64,000 nucleotides of DNA from Adineta vaga (Eukaryota > Animalia > Rotifera). The notes below the pieces were generated by a model that ran no database searches, had not been told where the DNA came from, and saw nothing but the letters and a program-made list of their open reading frames with translations. The stretch covers positions 10,788,001 through 10,852,000 of the forward strand of contig CP075494.1 of assembly GCA_021613535.1 (NCBI GenBank), read 5' to 3'. Shown in pieces: positions 1-13,261 of this stretch. Within the stretch, counting starts at the first letter, position 1. Every line of letters begins with the position of its first letter. The position numbers and the translations under genes were made by a program.

Positions 1-60
1 TTTATCAATCAATGAAAAGGTTTTTATCAGAGAAAAGAAAACTTCATTTTTAGACAAAGA

Positions 61-3032
61 ATGACGGCAACAAGTAAAAATATTGAATTAATTTTGAAAC
101 AATGGACAACATTTGATTTAAAAACGACGCAGGTAGTATAAAGACATTCTTGATCGTCTGAGTTGAACTTATCAATTAACTTTATCAGAGATTACTATGT
201 AAGATGAAGACTATTGGGTAATATCTAGTTGATATTGTCCCATTTTTGATAGAAATGTTGTCAACTTTCTTCCGGAGTTCGACAACTAATTATCAACATA
301 GATATTCGCGGTCGGTTGACGATAATCGATTGAATTGTGCCCTGTAGAAATTATCGTTGACTCGCCTACTCAACTTGTGTTGTTCTTCTAGAATACTCCT
401 GTGATTAGACATCTCTCTCTCTCTCTTTCTCTCTCGTTCGCTTGTTCGTTGCCTACTTATTAAGCTTGTCAATGAAGAGACAAACAGATATATCGTCTTT
501 TCAGCAATCGTTCGTTGACTGTTGTTTTAGTAAGTATCCTTCTTTTTCTAGTAAGAATTGAGACACGTAATGGAATGGCAAGTGATTGAAATTATGAAAT
601 AGAACTACTTGATAGATATATGTGAAACAATGTTCGTTTATTCTTTCATGAGAAAAGTAAAAATCCAAAATTCCTTTGATGATTGCTTTTATATCAAAAC
701 TATTGCTTTTTATTGTTCTTTTTCTTTTCTTCAAATCATTCGATCGATATGAATAAGTAAGTAGAGATATGTATGTTGGTATGTATTTTAAAACCCGAAG
801 AAATCGTATCTTTTTATATGCGTTTACATCTATGTTTGTCTATGATGATTGATTTGAGAAATCTACAGTCAATGTATATGCATATGATAAAACTTGCCGT
901 TGTGTTTATTGGTATAGCCCATGAGACACTTTGTAGTCAGTTATTGACACACATCATATAGACAAAGATAAGAAAGAAGTTGTAAGAGAGACGAACAAGC
1001 TCTTTTCTCCTTGTATTCGTTTATCAAGCCAAAAGAAATAAAGAGAAAAGCGACATTGACTGGAGTAACTCTCTGTCAGAAGACATCGTTGATTTCTTCC
1101 TTGAGAACGAATGCCGTGTCTAATCTATATCAATCAACTCTCTTTTTCATTAACCCAAAAGACTGGATGAATAAACCTAATCTTCAATTGGCAACAAACA
1201 GTTTTGTTATTTCTTCGTTCTCACTAGAGAGATGTAGAAAAGAACAAGAGAGAGAGAGAGGGAAGAGAAAACGATATTGTCAACAACAAACATCTAATGA
1301 TCCATGATCGTTAATTATGATCATTTCCACTATCGATGACAGATAACTCTGTTTGGATATATACATATATACAGTTGAATCAATAGACAAAAAAGATATG
1401 GCATTGTCAATGATGACAATCTAACAAATCACTTTTAAGGTTAAGAAAAACGACAAGTAATTAATTGTATACAACACTTCGATTGACATAAGAAAGTATC
1501 AGTATAAGGCGTTAGAATATAGAGAATGACTGATGAGTCTTCTTTTGTTATACGAATTAAATTTATATTTTTCTTTTAGCATGATTTGGATGTAACAACG
1601 ACAGAAATTGCAAGTCGTGCCGATGAAAGTGATCAATCGAGAAAAAAATTAGTCGAATTAAGTCGTGATTTTAAGAAAAATACAAATGAAGTACGTGCAA
1701 ATCATATTTTTTATGTCTTAAACTAAAGAGAAAACATCAGCCATGTATAAGTGCGCATACTCTTCAGTTTACATGTATGAACGTGATGATCAGGAAAGTA
1801 AACTGATCAATTAAGATCCATAACGAAACCAATTTAAGTAACATGCCATGTTATGCACGATCTTATCATTGACTTTTTTGTTTGTCTATATTTATATTTC
1901 CATCACTGTCCTATAAATCATAAGTTAGCGAATCTATCTATACAAGACATTTTGTTTAAGCTGTCTAATAATGTAGTTAATACTATAGTTCAATGAAATT
2001 TAATTATATGTTTAGTAATAATACACAGAAATAGTCTTTTCTGTATTCATGTATCATGACAAACTGATGATGTTGATGTGATTGGACTGAGAAACAGTAT
2101 GGTTTCTTTTACAATCAAATAAGAAAATAGAGAGGTGAATTAGTGGATCTTATTCTTACTTAGAATCATAATTTACATATTGAATAAGGTAATTCAACAG
2201 TTCTGATCATCACTATCGTTCTCTTATTACTTTGTGTTTTTCTTTCCACATACATAAGAAAATCTTCTTTAGAATAGTGAATGAGCACATACTCACGCAT
2301 TCATTGACCTCTAATGTTGCTTTGATGACTCTTTTTTCTTCCTCATCTTGAAATTTTAATCAAACAACATCTCACCTGGATGATAATGAAAAGATTGTTC
2401 TAGTTTTTAATGTCAATGACTAAGTCGGATCGGTATTAGAACTAATCACAAATAAAAGTCAGTTTCTTCTTTCATAATTGAATTTTTTTCTCAAGAAAAA
2501 AGAGACTTTTAATTAGATATAATCATTCGATATTATAATCTTTCTTTTTTTTTTCTTTTACTTGCATGTATCAGTTTGTCGTTGCTGTCGATTAACACGC
2601 AAATAATTTTCAATGAGAAAATCGAATATATTTACATCTTCTGTCTTTCTGTACTATAGATAGTTGACCTACTTGAATAAAGATAGACGTCAAAGACAAA
2701 AAAAAAAGAAAGTTCAAGTAGTTTTAATCTTACTTTTCATTTTCATTGATACATCGAATCTGATATTTGAAAATATGTTCATTTCCTTCGTCAATATAAT
2801 GATAATGTTCTATTAGTGTTTTAATTATTCATGAAATAAAAATGATGTGTGACAGACGCTCGTTGTCACTTGATCTGCTTTCTTTTTTGTCTTTACTATT
2901 TGATTATTAGTAAAGAGATGAGCTATTTCATGTATATAAAAACGTGATTGTATAATAAACACCTGCTTTCTACAGAAAAGGTTTTATCGGAAAAAGAGAC
3001 CCTATTCATCACCTGTTTCTTCTTCCTCTTTC

Positions 3033-3067
<35 letters not shown>

Positions 3068-6000
3068 TATATATAGATAGATGCGATAGAACACATCATT
3101 CTAGTTTGAGAAGAACAAAAACTAGAATAGTTGCGAATACATCTTATCGTCATCCGTTTTGTTTTATGCAATGCTCTCTTTCTAATCATCATCATCACCA
3201 TCACTAGAGTTTGTCAGTCGAACGAAAGAAAATTTTGTTGGTCTGTTGTTAGACACGCGCTTACACTCCAAATCGATAACAATATCATTATTATTATCTT
3301 TTTTGTTGACTTTCTATCCTTTTATTTGCTAGGATGTTCGCAAAGCCGTTGCTCCTATATTGAAATCATTTCAAGTTGAAATTGATAGTTTATCCAAACG
3401 AAGTAAAGCAGCAGAAAAAGCATTCTTAGAAGTCTATCAACGTTTAAGCGAATTACCAGGTATGATTTCATCGGCTTTACAATCTGTTTGTTTTTTTTTA
3501 CAATATCATTTGTCAAGATCCTGTACCGGCACTTGAATACGCTCAATCATTACAACGTCGATCGGAGAAAGTATCTGATCTCGAGGTTGAAAATCAGAAA
3601 CTACGAGAAACATTAGGTAAGTGGAATGTTGAATGATTTTCATCAATTTTCTTTTCATCCATAGATGAATATAATCATGAATTTGCCGATGTAAAAAATC
3701 AAGGTAAAAGAAATCGAAAAGATGAATTATTTTTTCTTGACATAGATATCATTTTTTTATTGTAGAAGTAACAATTAAACAATTACGTGAAAAAATTAAA
3801 GATTTAGAAGAGAAAACCGAATCAACTCTCCAGGTAAACTGATAAATAAGATATTTTCAATGAAATTCATCTTCATTTGTTTTTAAAGCAACGTATCAAA
3901 GACAAAGAAAAAGAACTTCAACGTAGTTTCGGTATGTATATCGTTCTTTTCTTCTTATTATTGTTGTTGTTATTCGAAACTGATAAGAGAATCATCTATA
4001 TAAATACATGAATATTCATTTGTTTTGTTTTTGGTCTATAGGAGAAAAAGAACGACAATTACAAAATCAACAATTTGATCTTGTTACTAAATATGCTGAC
4101 ATGGAAATGCGTCAGAAACAATTACAAGCTGCATTAGATCATGCACATCAGGAAATGTTTGAGTATAAATCAAAACAAGAAGATGCTACAAGTGCACGTT
4201 CATCTGAAATTGATATTTTAAATCAAGATTTAGAACGAGCAAATGAAGTAATGACTAAAAATTTTGTTCAACCATCGGATTACTATTGATATTTTCTAGC
4301 GAACAACAAATGCCGAACGTTTAGTTGATAAACTTCGTGAACAACTTGAACAAACACAAAATTTCGCGACATCAACATCAATGAATAAGACATCTGATGA
4401 AAGTTTTTTACAAGAAGGAATTGAACGAAATCTTCGGGAAAAACTCGAATTAGAATTAGGTTCGAAGGAACGTGAAATAGCTGCACTTGTGATCGATACT
4501 CAAAAATTGCAATCAACTTTGATGAAAGTAAAAGAAACATCAGTGACACAGGTAAAAGGAAGAGAAAGAAAAAGAAAGAAATCTTGATGAGTCATTTTTA
4601 TACTTTTATTCAGATTTCTGATCTTGAAAATGTTTTATCATCGAAAGAAAAACTGATTGCACAACTTGAAAGCAAATTACATAGTCAAGCTGATTACGAT
4701 GAAATCAAACGTGAATTAACGTGAGTCAGATAAATAAATATTGAAAAAACAAAAAGAAATTAAACCATCTGTTATTCTTCATTGATTTAAACTAGTATTT
4801 TAAAATCAATTGAATTCTCTTCAAGCAATCGTTCGACAGATGATCAACCGAAAAAATCGTTGGAAATTCTTCTATTAGAAAAAAATCGAGCTTTACAAAG
4901 CGAACAAACACAAATGAAAGTAGCTCATGCTGATCTTGAAAGTAGGTTTGAAAAATCACTCATTAAATAAATATGACCAATGGGTTTTGTCCCGTTCTTA
5001 TCATTCCATATCATATATAAAATAAAACGGAAAAAAAATTATATAACTTTAGGTAAAATTAATCATCAGTCATGCTGTCATTGTTCTTCTCCATGTTCAC
5101 ATCAAATAAATAATCTTTCTATTCTTTCTTCTCCTTCATCTCCTTCTCAGTTGTTTTTAAAATCATCTACTCAGTCGTCTAATTGTAATCAGACTGAAGA
5201 GATGACTGGATCCCAAACAAATTCTCCTTCAAAAGTCATTTCTCTTCTCTCATCAAACGATAAGCTACCATCATCCTGCCATTCTCTCTCTGTTCCTGTC
5301 GATACAAAATATTCATCCTGTTCAATTATGGTTACACCAACAACGCAAATTCTCTCGTCAACATTAAATGAATCCTTTTCTAGTAGGAAGTATTTTTTTC
5401 TAGATAAATCGTTTGAACATTTGCTTCTAGGTGAACAATTAAATTCCGTTCACTGGACAAAACTTCAATGTCCATCGGCGGACACTAAACCATCTCTATT
5501 CTCTCCGCCTATCAATGATTCTTTAGAACCTCTTGAAACCACCTATGTAGCAAATGTTGTACGAAAACTTCTTGCTCAACATAATATTGGTCAACGTATT
5601 TTTGCTCGATATATCTTAAGTTTATCTCAAGGAACTGTTAGTGAATTATTATCAAAACCTAAAGCTTGGTCAAAACTAACAGAAAAAGGAAAAGAAAGTT
5701 ATCGAAAAATGTGGGCTTGGGCGAACTCCGAAGAAAGTATACTTGCTTTAAAAAGTATTAGTCCACGTAAAGGTATTACATATTCTTCATTCCTCTTTCT
5801 GATTTTTATTCTTTACATACTTAGGTGCAAAAGATAATACGTATCCATCAATACAACAAAAACTTATTCAAGTTGCATCCGAAATACAAAAACCACCTCA
5901 AACACCTTCTTCGTCATCATCAACATTATCCTCTCGAGCACCTTCACCTGTTGACCAAAAACCCTTTATTCCTCCAACATTATTTCCAGGATTTGTTCCT

Positions 6001-7858
6001 TCGTTATTAATGCAAGCAACAATTGGATTTAAACATGAATCATATCCACCATATAGTATGCTTTGTTCTCAACCAGAAAATTATCGAAATTGGTTAATGT
6101 TACAAGAAATTGTACGAAATAATGCTTTACTCAAACAAATGAAATCATCAGAATCCGATGAAAGTGAACAAGAAAATGAAGATCAAGAAGAGATGAATGA
6201 AAGTCCATTAAATTTGAGTATGAAAATAGATACCGAACAATCTTTTATGGATAAACAATCTTTTACGAAACAAAATAAAACAACATTAATACCAATAAAT
6301 GAACAAGATACTGACAAATATCGATATATCAATACCATGGAATTGGTACAAAATATCAAAGATATCTTAAGTCGTTGTAGTATATCGCAACGACATTTTG
6401 GAGAGAAAATTCTTGGTCTATCTCAAGGAAGTGTTAGGTAAAAATAAAACATCCTGTTTTTCTTATCATAAAACTATTCTTTTTGCTATTGTAGTGATAT
6501 TCTTGCTCGACCAAAACAATGGGAATTATTAACTCAAAAAGGTCGGGAACCATTCATTCGTATGCGCTTATTTCTGGATGATTCAAATGCAATAAATCAA
6601 TTGACACGTTCACTAGCTTCATCGTCGCCATCAACAGCAAATGGTTCTAATACGAATAATTTCGTATCAAATGAAAACTCCATAGATTCACAATCCAATG
6701 ACTGTTCACCAATCTTATCAAATGAAAATATATTATCAATACCTATGAATGGAATAATCACAAAAACAGTGGATAAGAAGAAAACAAAATCTTCTGTGAA
6801 AAATACTAAAGATCAATCACGATCCCAATCAACAACAAAATCACAAATGACACCGTATGAATTACCAAAATTACCCCCACCAAGTAAATAAACTCATGAA
6901 ATTTTTCATTATTTTTCATCTATTATTTATTTAGATGCAATTGATACAGAACAATTGAGTTCTCAAGTTCGAGAATTACTTTCTTCATATAGTATTGGTC
7001 AACGTGTCTTTGGTACATAGTCATTCATTACGATAGAACGAATATTGACTTGCATTTTTCTTTTGTTATAGGAGAAGCAGTTCTTAATCTTTCTCAAGGA
7101 ACAGTTAGTGAAATTCTATCAAAACCACGACCATGGCATGCCTTAAGTGTAAAAGGTCGTGAACCCTATTTACGTATGTATAGTTGGTTTCATGATACAG
7201 ATAATGTACAAAAATTACTCTCATGGAAACAAGAACGAGATAGTAAAATTCTCTCAGCATTCCTATTCTCATCTAATTACTTCTCATTTTTCTTCTAGAC
7301 TTACGTCGTAATAACCGTTCAACAACAATTGAAACTCCCGATAGTGAAAGTAATAATACTTCTTCTTCTTCTTCGAAACGTCGATATCTATTTACTGACA
7401 ATCAACGTCGTATTCTAAAACAGATTTTCGAGAATGAACCATATCCTAGTCAAGCACGATTGGAACAACTTGTCGATGAATTATCTTTACCAATGAACAA
7501 AATCTCCAATTGGTTTCATAATGCTCGAATGCGAACGAAACCAAATCTACCGCTGATTGATCCGATTAAAAATTCGACATCACCACTTACTGATAGTGAT
7601 GATGATGATGATGATGATGATCGTTTACTTACAATTGCTCCTTTAACAAGTTCATGGTTGAATGATTCAGATAGTTCGCCAAGTTCACTTAGTATATCAA
7701 CAAATCTTCTTTCTTCGACTGACGAACAAAAATCTATCCCTACACCTCCGAGTTCAAGTAGTAAAAAACGTAAATCCGTTCCGCAAAAAATAATTACTAC
7801 GAAAAAACTCAATCTCGAGAATGAAAATCAAAATGAAACAACGAATATCAATGCTTAA
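61..7858 (+). CDS. CUX1: Cut-like homeobox protein (CUX isoform): N-terminal coiled coil, three CUT repeats, homeodomain; multi-exon
   Basis: Exon 61-132 ([24 protein letters not shown]), 1580-1690 ([37 protein letters not shown]) and 3333-3459 ([31 protein letters not shown]) match the CUX1/CASP N-terminus. Three CUT repeats with LSQG(T/S)VS(E/D)xLxxPxxW at ~5520-5750, ~6330-6600 and ~6935-7240. Homeodomain [25 protein letters not shown]...NWFHNARMR (His50, cut class) at ~7375-7540. Stop 7856-7858. Confidence 0.93.
3037..3080. repeat. (AT)n microsatellite
   Basis: About 14 perfect AT units followed by degenerate ATAG, in CUX intron 2. Confidence 0.9.
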
Positions 7859-8424
7859 ACAAAATAGCATCTCTTTTTTTTCTAGGTGATATCGAATAAA
7901 AGAAATCATTTGGTGATTTTATACTTTTTTTTCTGTTTTGAGCTCAACATTTCTCTGTTGTTATTATTTTTATTGTTGTTCGTTTTATTTCACTGTCTTA
8001 TTATACATATTATATACATATGTTTGTGAGAACTGCTCAAGTATTGAAACCTAGTCGTGAACAGACTCAAGTGCATTAACACAAACATCTATAAAGAGAA
8101 TGTCGTGATAACTATTTTGTTCTTTGAACGAATAATTGATTTTTTATTTGTATGTGTGTATGTGTGTGTATGTCTGCCTGTACAACTAACAACAATGAAA
8201 TGACTAACTCTTCGTGATTTAAATATTAATAAAAATACAAACTCTTTTTTTTTAAATTATTTTAATGCATATGTTTTGAATTTATTTATTTAGGTTTACA
8301 GGACAGAAATAGAGAGAGAATATTGCAGATGATGATGATATTCAAATCCCTTATTTGTTTCCTTTTTTTCGATATGTGATTATTGAGGAAAATATATAAA
8401 GTATTTCTGTTTTGTTTTGTTTAG

Positions 8425-9598
8425 AACGGTACCATGAACTGGAGAAACGTTGCCGAGAATTTGAAATGACAAATCATGAATTGAAACAATTAAATGTTCA
8501 ACTTGAAAAAGATTTATTAAGTGTGGGTGGTGTTACAGAATTGTTTCGACGTGGACCGGAAGTGAGCTTTTTTTCCTGTTATTTACTTGGATCTATTTAG
8601 TGTGTTTACCTAGGGACAACCAAGTGATAGCAATTCGAATGAGACTGGAATAATAAAAGATGTGTTGAATCAATCATCAGCACCTGTTACATCATACAAA
8701 GAATCTTCATCATATGTTCCACCACGAGATGGAACATCAGATGAAGCATTAACGGCGATTGTGATAAGTCAACGTGAACGATTTCGTATTCGAAATATAG
8801 AATTAGAAAATGTAAGTAAAATCTGAATCTATTAATTCGATTCATCATTTTTGTTTCTCAGGAAAATGTTTCATTGAAACAACAGATTAATATATTTCAA
8901 AATGAAATGGATAAACTACGATCGGACAATATAAAATTATACGAAAAGATAAAATTTGTTCAGAATTATTCAGTATGTATTCGATGTAACGATTTTTCTT
9001 CTACACATTTAAATTTCAATCGTATAGACAACACGTGGCAATGATGAATCAGTTGATCGCTATTCACGTGGTTATGATGCATCATTGGATCCATTTGCTA
9101 ATTTCACTAAACAAGTATGAAAAAACTTGAATATTTTTTAGAGAAAGATTTGTTACTTTCATGATTGATTTTTAGGAAAAACAAAGAAAATATGATTCAT
9201 TAAAATTACATGAAAAATTTGCATTAAATTTCGGTCGTTTTATTCTATCATCGCATCAGAGTCGAACATTTTTTGTTATTTATTTTATTCTCGTACATAT
9301 TCTTATCTTTCTTGTAAGTTAAATATTTTCATTAAAACTTATTTTGATCTTGTCATTTCATTTTAGTCACTTTATAAAATGGTTCATGTTGGTTCATCAG
9401 TACGTGATATGTCACAAGTTTGTTTTGATAAGTAAGTGCTCATGATGGAAATTTTATATAGGAAAAAGAATCCTTGTTGTTTGGTTTAGATTTCGTGAAC
9501 ATATGGCAGGTGTACATGGAGAGAAAAACTTTCATTTTGATCATGCTCATCCTCATGCGGATGCAGCTCATGCTGGCGCTGCACCACCTCATCGATAA
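8425..9598 (+). CDS. CUX1: CASP-specific 3' exons (golgin CASP isoform; shares exons 61-4941 with CUX)
   Basis: The phase-1 acceptor before 8425 joins the donor after 4941 in frame (HADLE-K-RYHELEKRCREF). Contains IVISQRERFRIRNIELE, LRSDNIKLYEKIKFVQNY, YDASLDPFANF and the TM segment SRTFFVIYFILVHILIFLSLY with the CASP Tyr/His. Ends ...GAAPPHR* at 9596-9598. Confidence 0.9.
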
Positions 9599-10543
9599 AC
9601 AGTTTCATGTTATACATTAATTGCTCTTTTTGGGAAATATCAATTGAAGATATTATTACATTCTCTTAATCAATAAATAAACAGCTTTTACTAACACATA
9701 TAAAATTTAAAACACGCATAATTGTATATGATACCTCTTTTCTCAAATATAATAAAGAAAAAAATCTCACGAATTCATGAAATAGCATTTTTTATTCGTT
9801 ATTTAGCATGCAGAATTAGAAAGATAGAATAAACATTAAACAATCATGTTTGACAATTCTTGACACCAATGAATGACATTTTCTCAACAAATTATCTTTA
9901 CACATGAAACTTTTTATATTAAGGTGCTAATGCATATACGTACACATGAATTCGTTGTTTTCATAATATCGATCAATTTGAACTATTCTTCGAGATTTCT
10001 TTTTTGCGAACAAAAACATTATTAAGAATCGGAAATCACATCAATGAAATTGTTCTATAGCTTCTGTACAAATACATCAACTCTAATATCACACTTGAGA
10101 GTGTTTCTTTCTTCTCAACTTATGTCCGCACATTCACCGTATTCATATATATATATATAGTGACTGAAAGAACAGAAAAAATAAATTTTTTCCTCTCTAT
10201 ACATTCAATTTAAATCTCAACAACAAAAACAAAAGAACGAAAGTGATGGAACGCTGAACAATTCTCTTCCTGTATGCATGAATCACCATCTTCACGTTCA
10301 TTTCATAAGGGAAAGGGCAAGAGGTTGACATTTTTTCTCTCTCTTATTCAAGGTAAATGACCACAATAGCAACAGCGACCGAAATGTTCAGGATTAATTG
10401 TACAACAAGACAGTCAACAAAAGTTTGATTACAATAACTTGTACGATTGTATTTATATAAAGCTCAGACGATCCGTTTAATAAACGAATAGTTAAATTTT
10501 AATCAAAAATTTTCTTTTCAAGAGAAAAAGAAACAGATAGAAA

Positions 10544-13261
10544 ATGATTGCTCGACATGACAATAACCATATGAATTATCAAGAGACAAGAGTGATTCAA
10601 TGGTTAAGTGGTGAACGTGCAGGTAAGTTTGTAGTAAAAAAAGAAACAAACGAAAATTTTCATCTATAACGTATAAATTTAGTGGATGTACCATCGGAAT
10701 TGGATATTCGAAAAGACATCGATGTAGATGAATTTGTTTCAACGAAACGAGAATGTATTGAATTACATTGTTTTCAACCATTAGTAAGTCATGTTATGCC
10801 TACAACTAACATTCTTCTCTATTGATTAGTCAGTTCAAGGTTTTCGTTAACAATTAAATAGTTGTATCTTTCATTTACTTGATGTCAACAATATCTCTTT
10901 TTGTATGAATGTTATTTCTAGAACAAACAACAATTTACGACAACATCTGAACGATCCTGTTTACTTGCTCGTCGTCTAAATCGATTATCGCCCGATACAC
11001 AAACATCCGATGAAGCTTATTGTACATTATCATCTCATCATAGTATTCAACATCAAAATCTACATGATTCAATACGTGAAACATCAACTATAAGTGATAA
11101 TAGTAGTTTATCAAGTACAACACCAATTTCAATTTCATCACCCATCTTATCATTGTCAGTCGATGATAGTTATATAGAATCCAATCGTGCGAAAATGTCT
11201 GTCGAAATAGAAAATAATCCTATGAAACAACAAAATTATCATTTGTTACCGTTGATAACAAATAGTAATGATCGTTCTATGGAGTTATACCGAGAAATTA
11301 TGCTCAATGGTGATAGTAATGATAAAGATTTTAAAGAAATGGTTAATGAATTTGTACAAATAATTGAAAAGAAATTATTTGATGCTGAATTTAAAATGTT
11401 TGATGATAAGTAAGAACTCGAGATTATTTTTTTAATTATTTATGACGTAAATGAATATTTTAGTGCTAGTAGAGCAACTTCTCCATCTTTATTTGATATG
11501 TTGAATGATTTGCGAACATGTTTAACATTATTACGTCAAACTGAAATACAAAGTCTTCTCAATGTATTTGATAATGTTCTCAAATTACGTTGTTATCCAT
11601 CTGCATTACCAGAAAATGATGAAACAACAACCACTGTACATCCAAATGAAGAATTACATAAACTTTCTCAATATGCTATTGATCAATTAAAAATTATTCA
11701 AATTGAAAAAACACATCAACCATTAGGCTTGACGATTTCTCGTACAGACTCAGGTTCTATTCACATTGCTCGTATTGTTGTTGGTGGTCTTGCAGCGACT
11801 TCAGAACTCTTTCAAGTTAATGATCGTATCCTTGAAATCAACGAGCAAACCATTACAGGCCATTCTCTTGATTATGTTTGTACATTAATGTCGAGTGCGA
11901 CTGGCTTAATTAAATTTCTTTTGGCACCACCAAATAATTCAAATCAAATTTCTCATGAAACATTTCATGTTCGAGCATTGTATACATATGATCCATACAA
12001 TGATCCGTTATTACCATGTAAAGAATTAGGTTTAACATTTCAACGTGGTGACATTTTACGCATCGTTGCTCGTGAAGAAAATTTCCTGAACACTAATAAT
12101 TCATGGTGGCAAGCCTATCGAGAAGATTCATTAGAAACAACAACAGATTCATGTTTAGCTGGTTTGATACCATCAGATAGTTTACAACAAAAACGTGCGG
12201 ATTTACTTAAAGTTGTTTCTGATGAAACAGATTCTATTTCTACATCGTCGTCGCCATCATTAGTTAATGATAAGAAACGACTTAGTAAAACTTGTTTTAC
12301 ATGTGTTAGTTCAAAACAAGAACGGAAACCACTTCATACTGTTTATAACAATGCTTCATTTATTCGTGATACAAATGACAAAGAAACACCAACAATTCGA
12401 ACTTCAACAAATCACTTTTCATTGAAAGATACAAGACAATTTGACAAAGAACAACCACCGACAACATTGAGAAGATTTCCTGAAAAGCAGAAAGATAGTA
12501 TGCCTGATTCATTTCGATTTTACGAGTCAGTTTTTCGACTTGATCTATCAACACAAAAAGCAACAAGACCTATTGTTTTAATAGGTGAGTAAAATATATT
12601 ATTTTCTTTTCGTATAATATCTACAAAATACATAATTATTCGATACCGATCTATAACTTTGAATATGTGTATATATTTAGGTGCACCCAATGTTGGTCGA
12701 CATGAACTACGTCGTCGTCTGTTACAAACTGAACCAGATCTATTTGATGTTGCCATACCACATACAACACGTGCTCGTCGTTTACAAGAAACGTCCGATG
12801 TTGACTATCATTTCGTTTCTGAAGCGGATTTCTTAGCAAAAGTTGCCTGTCATTCATTTGTTGAATTTGGTCAATATCATCGTGATTTATATGGAACATC
12901 GATCGATGACATTCGACAAATAGTTCAAATAAAACAAAAAATTTGTATATTAAATTTAAATCCAGATGCAGTACGAACCTTCAATCAAAGTGATCTTTAT
13001 CCTTATATCATTTGTATTGCTGCTCCATCATTTGATCGACTTAAACGTTTAGAACTTGATCGTCGAGAACATTTAAATGATAAAGATTATCGAGAAATCA
13101 TACGAAAAAGTCGATCCATTGAAAGACGTTATCGTTTATGCTTTGATCATATTTTAGTTAACAACGATTTAGAACGAACTTATGCAGAATTGCGTGATTT
13201 AATCGTGCAAATACAAGAGAATCAACAACAATGGGTACGAACATGTTATCGGCGATCATAA
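10544..13261 (+). CDS. MPP5: MAGUK p55 subfamily protein, PALS1/MPP5/Stardust-like (PDZ-SH3-GK)
   Basis: PDZ (IIQIEKTHQPLGLTI...IARIVVGG), SH3 (VRALYTYDPYNDPLLPCKELGLTFQRGDIL) and GK (RPIVLIGAPNVGRHELRRRL, PHTTR, FVEFGQY). Upstream exons 10544-10622, 10683-~10783 and 10922-~11409 splice in frame. The 5' exons are less certain. Confidence 0.85.

Noticed and set aside
501-1307. Short ORFs in CUX intron 1
   Set aside because: Low-complexity, no motifs, and the length expected by chance in AT-rich DNA.
7516-7812. Antisense ORFs over CUX (likewise those over MAGUK, actin, CFAP57, MAN2B1 and JTB)
   Set aside because: Shadow frames of real coding exons.
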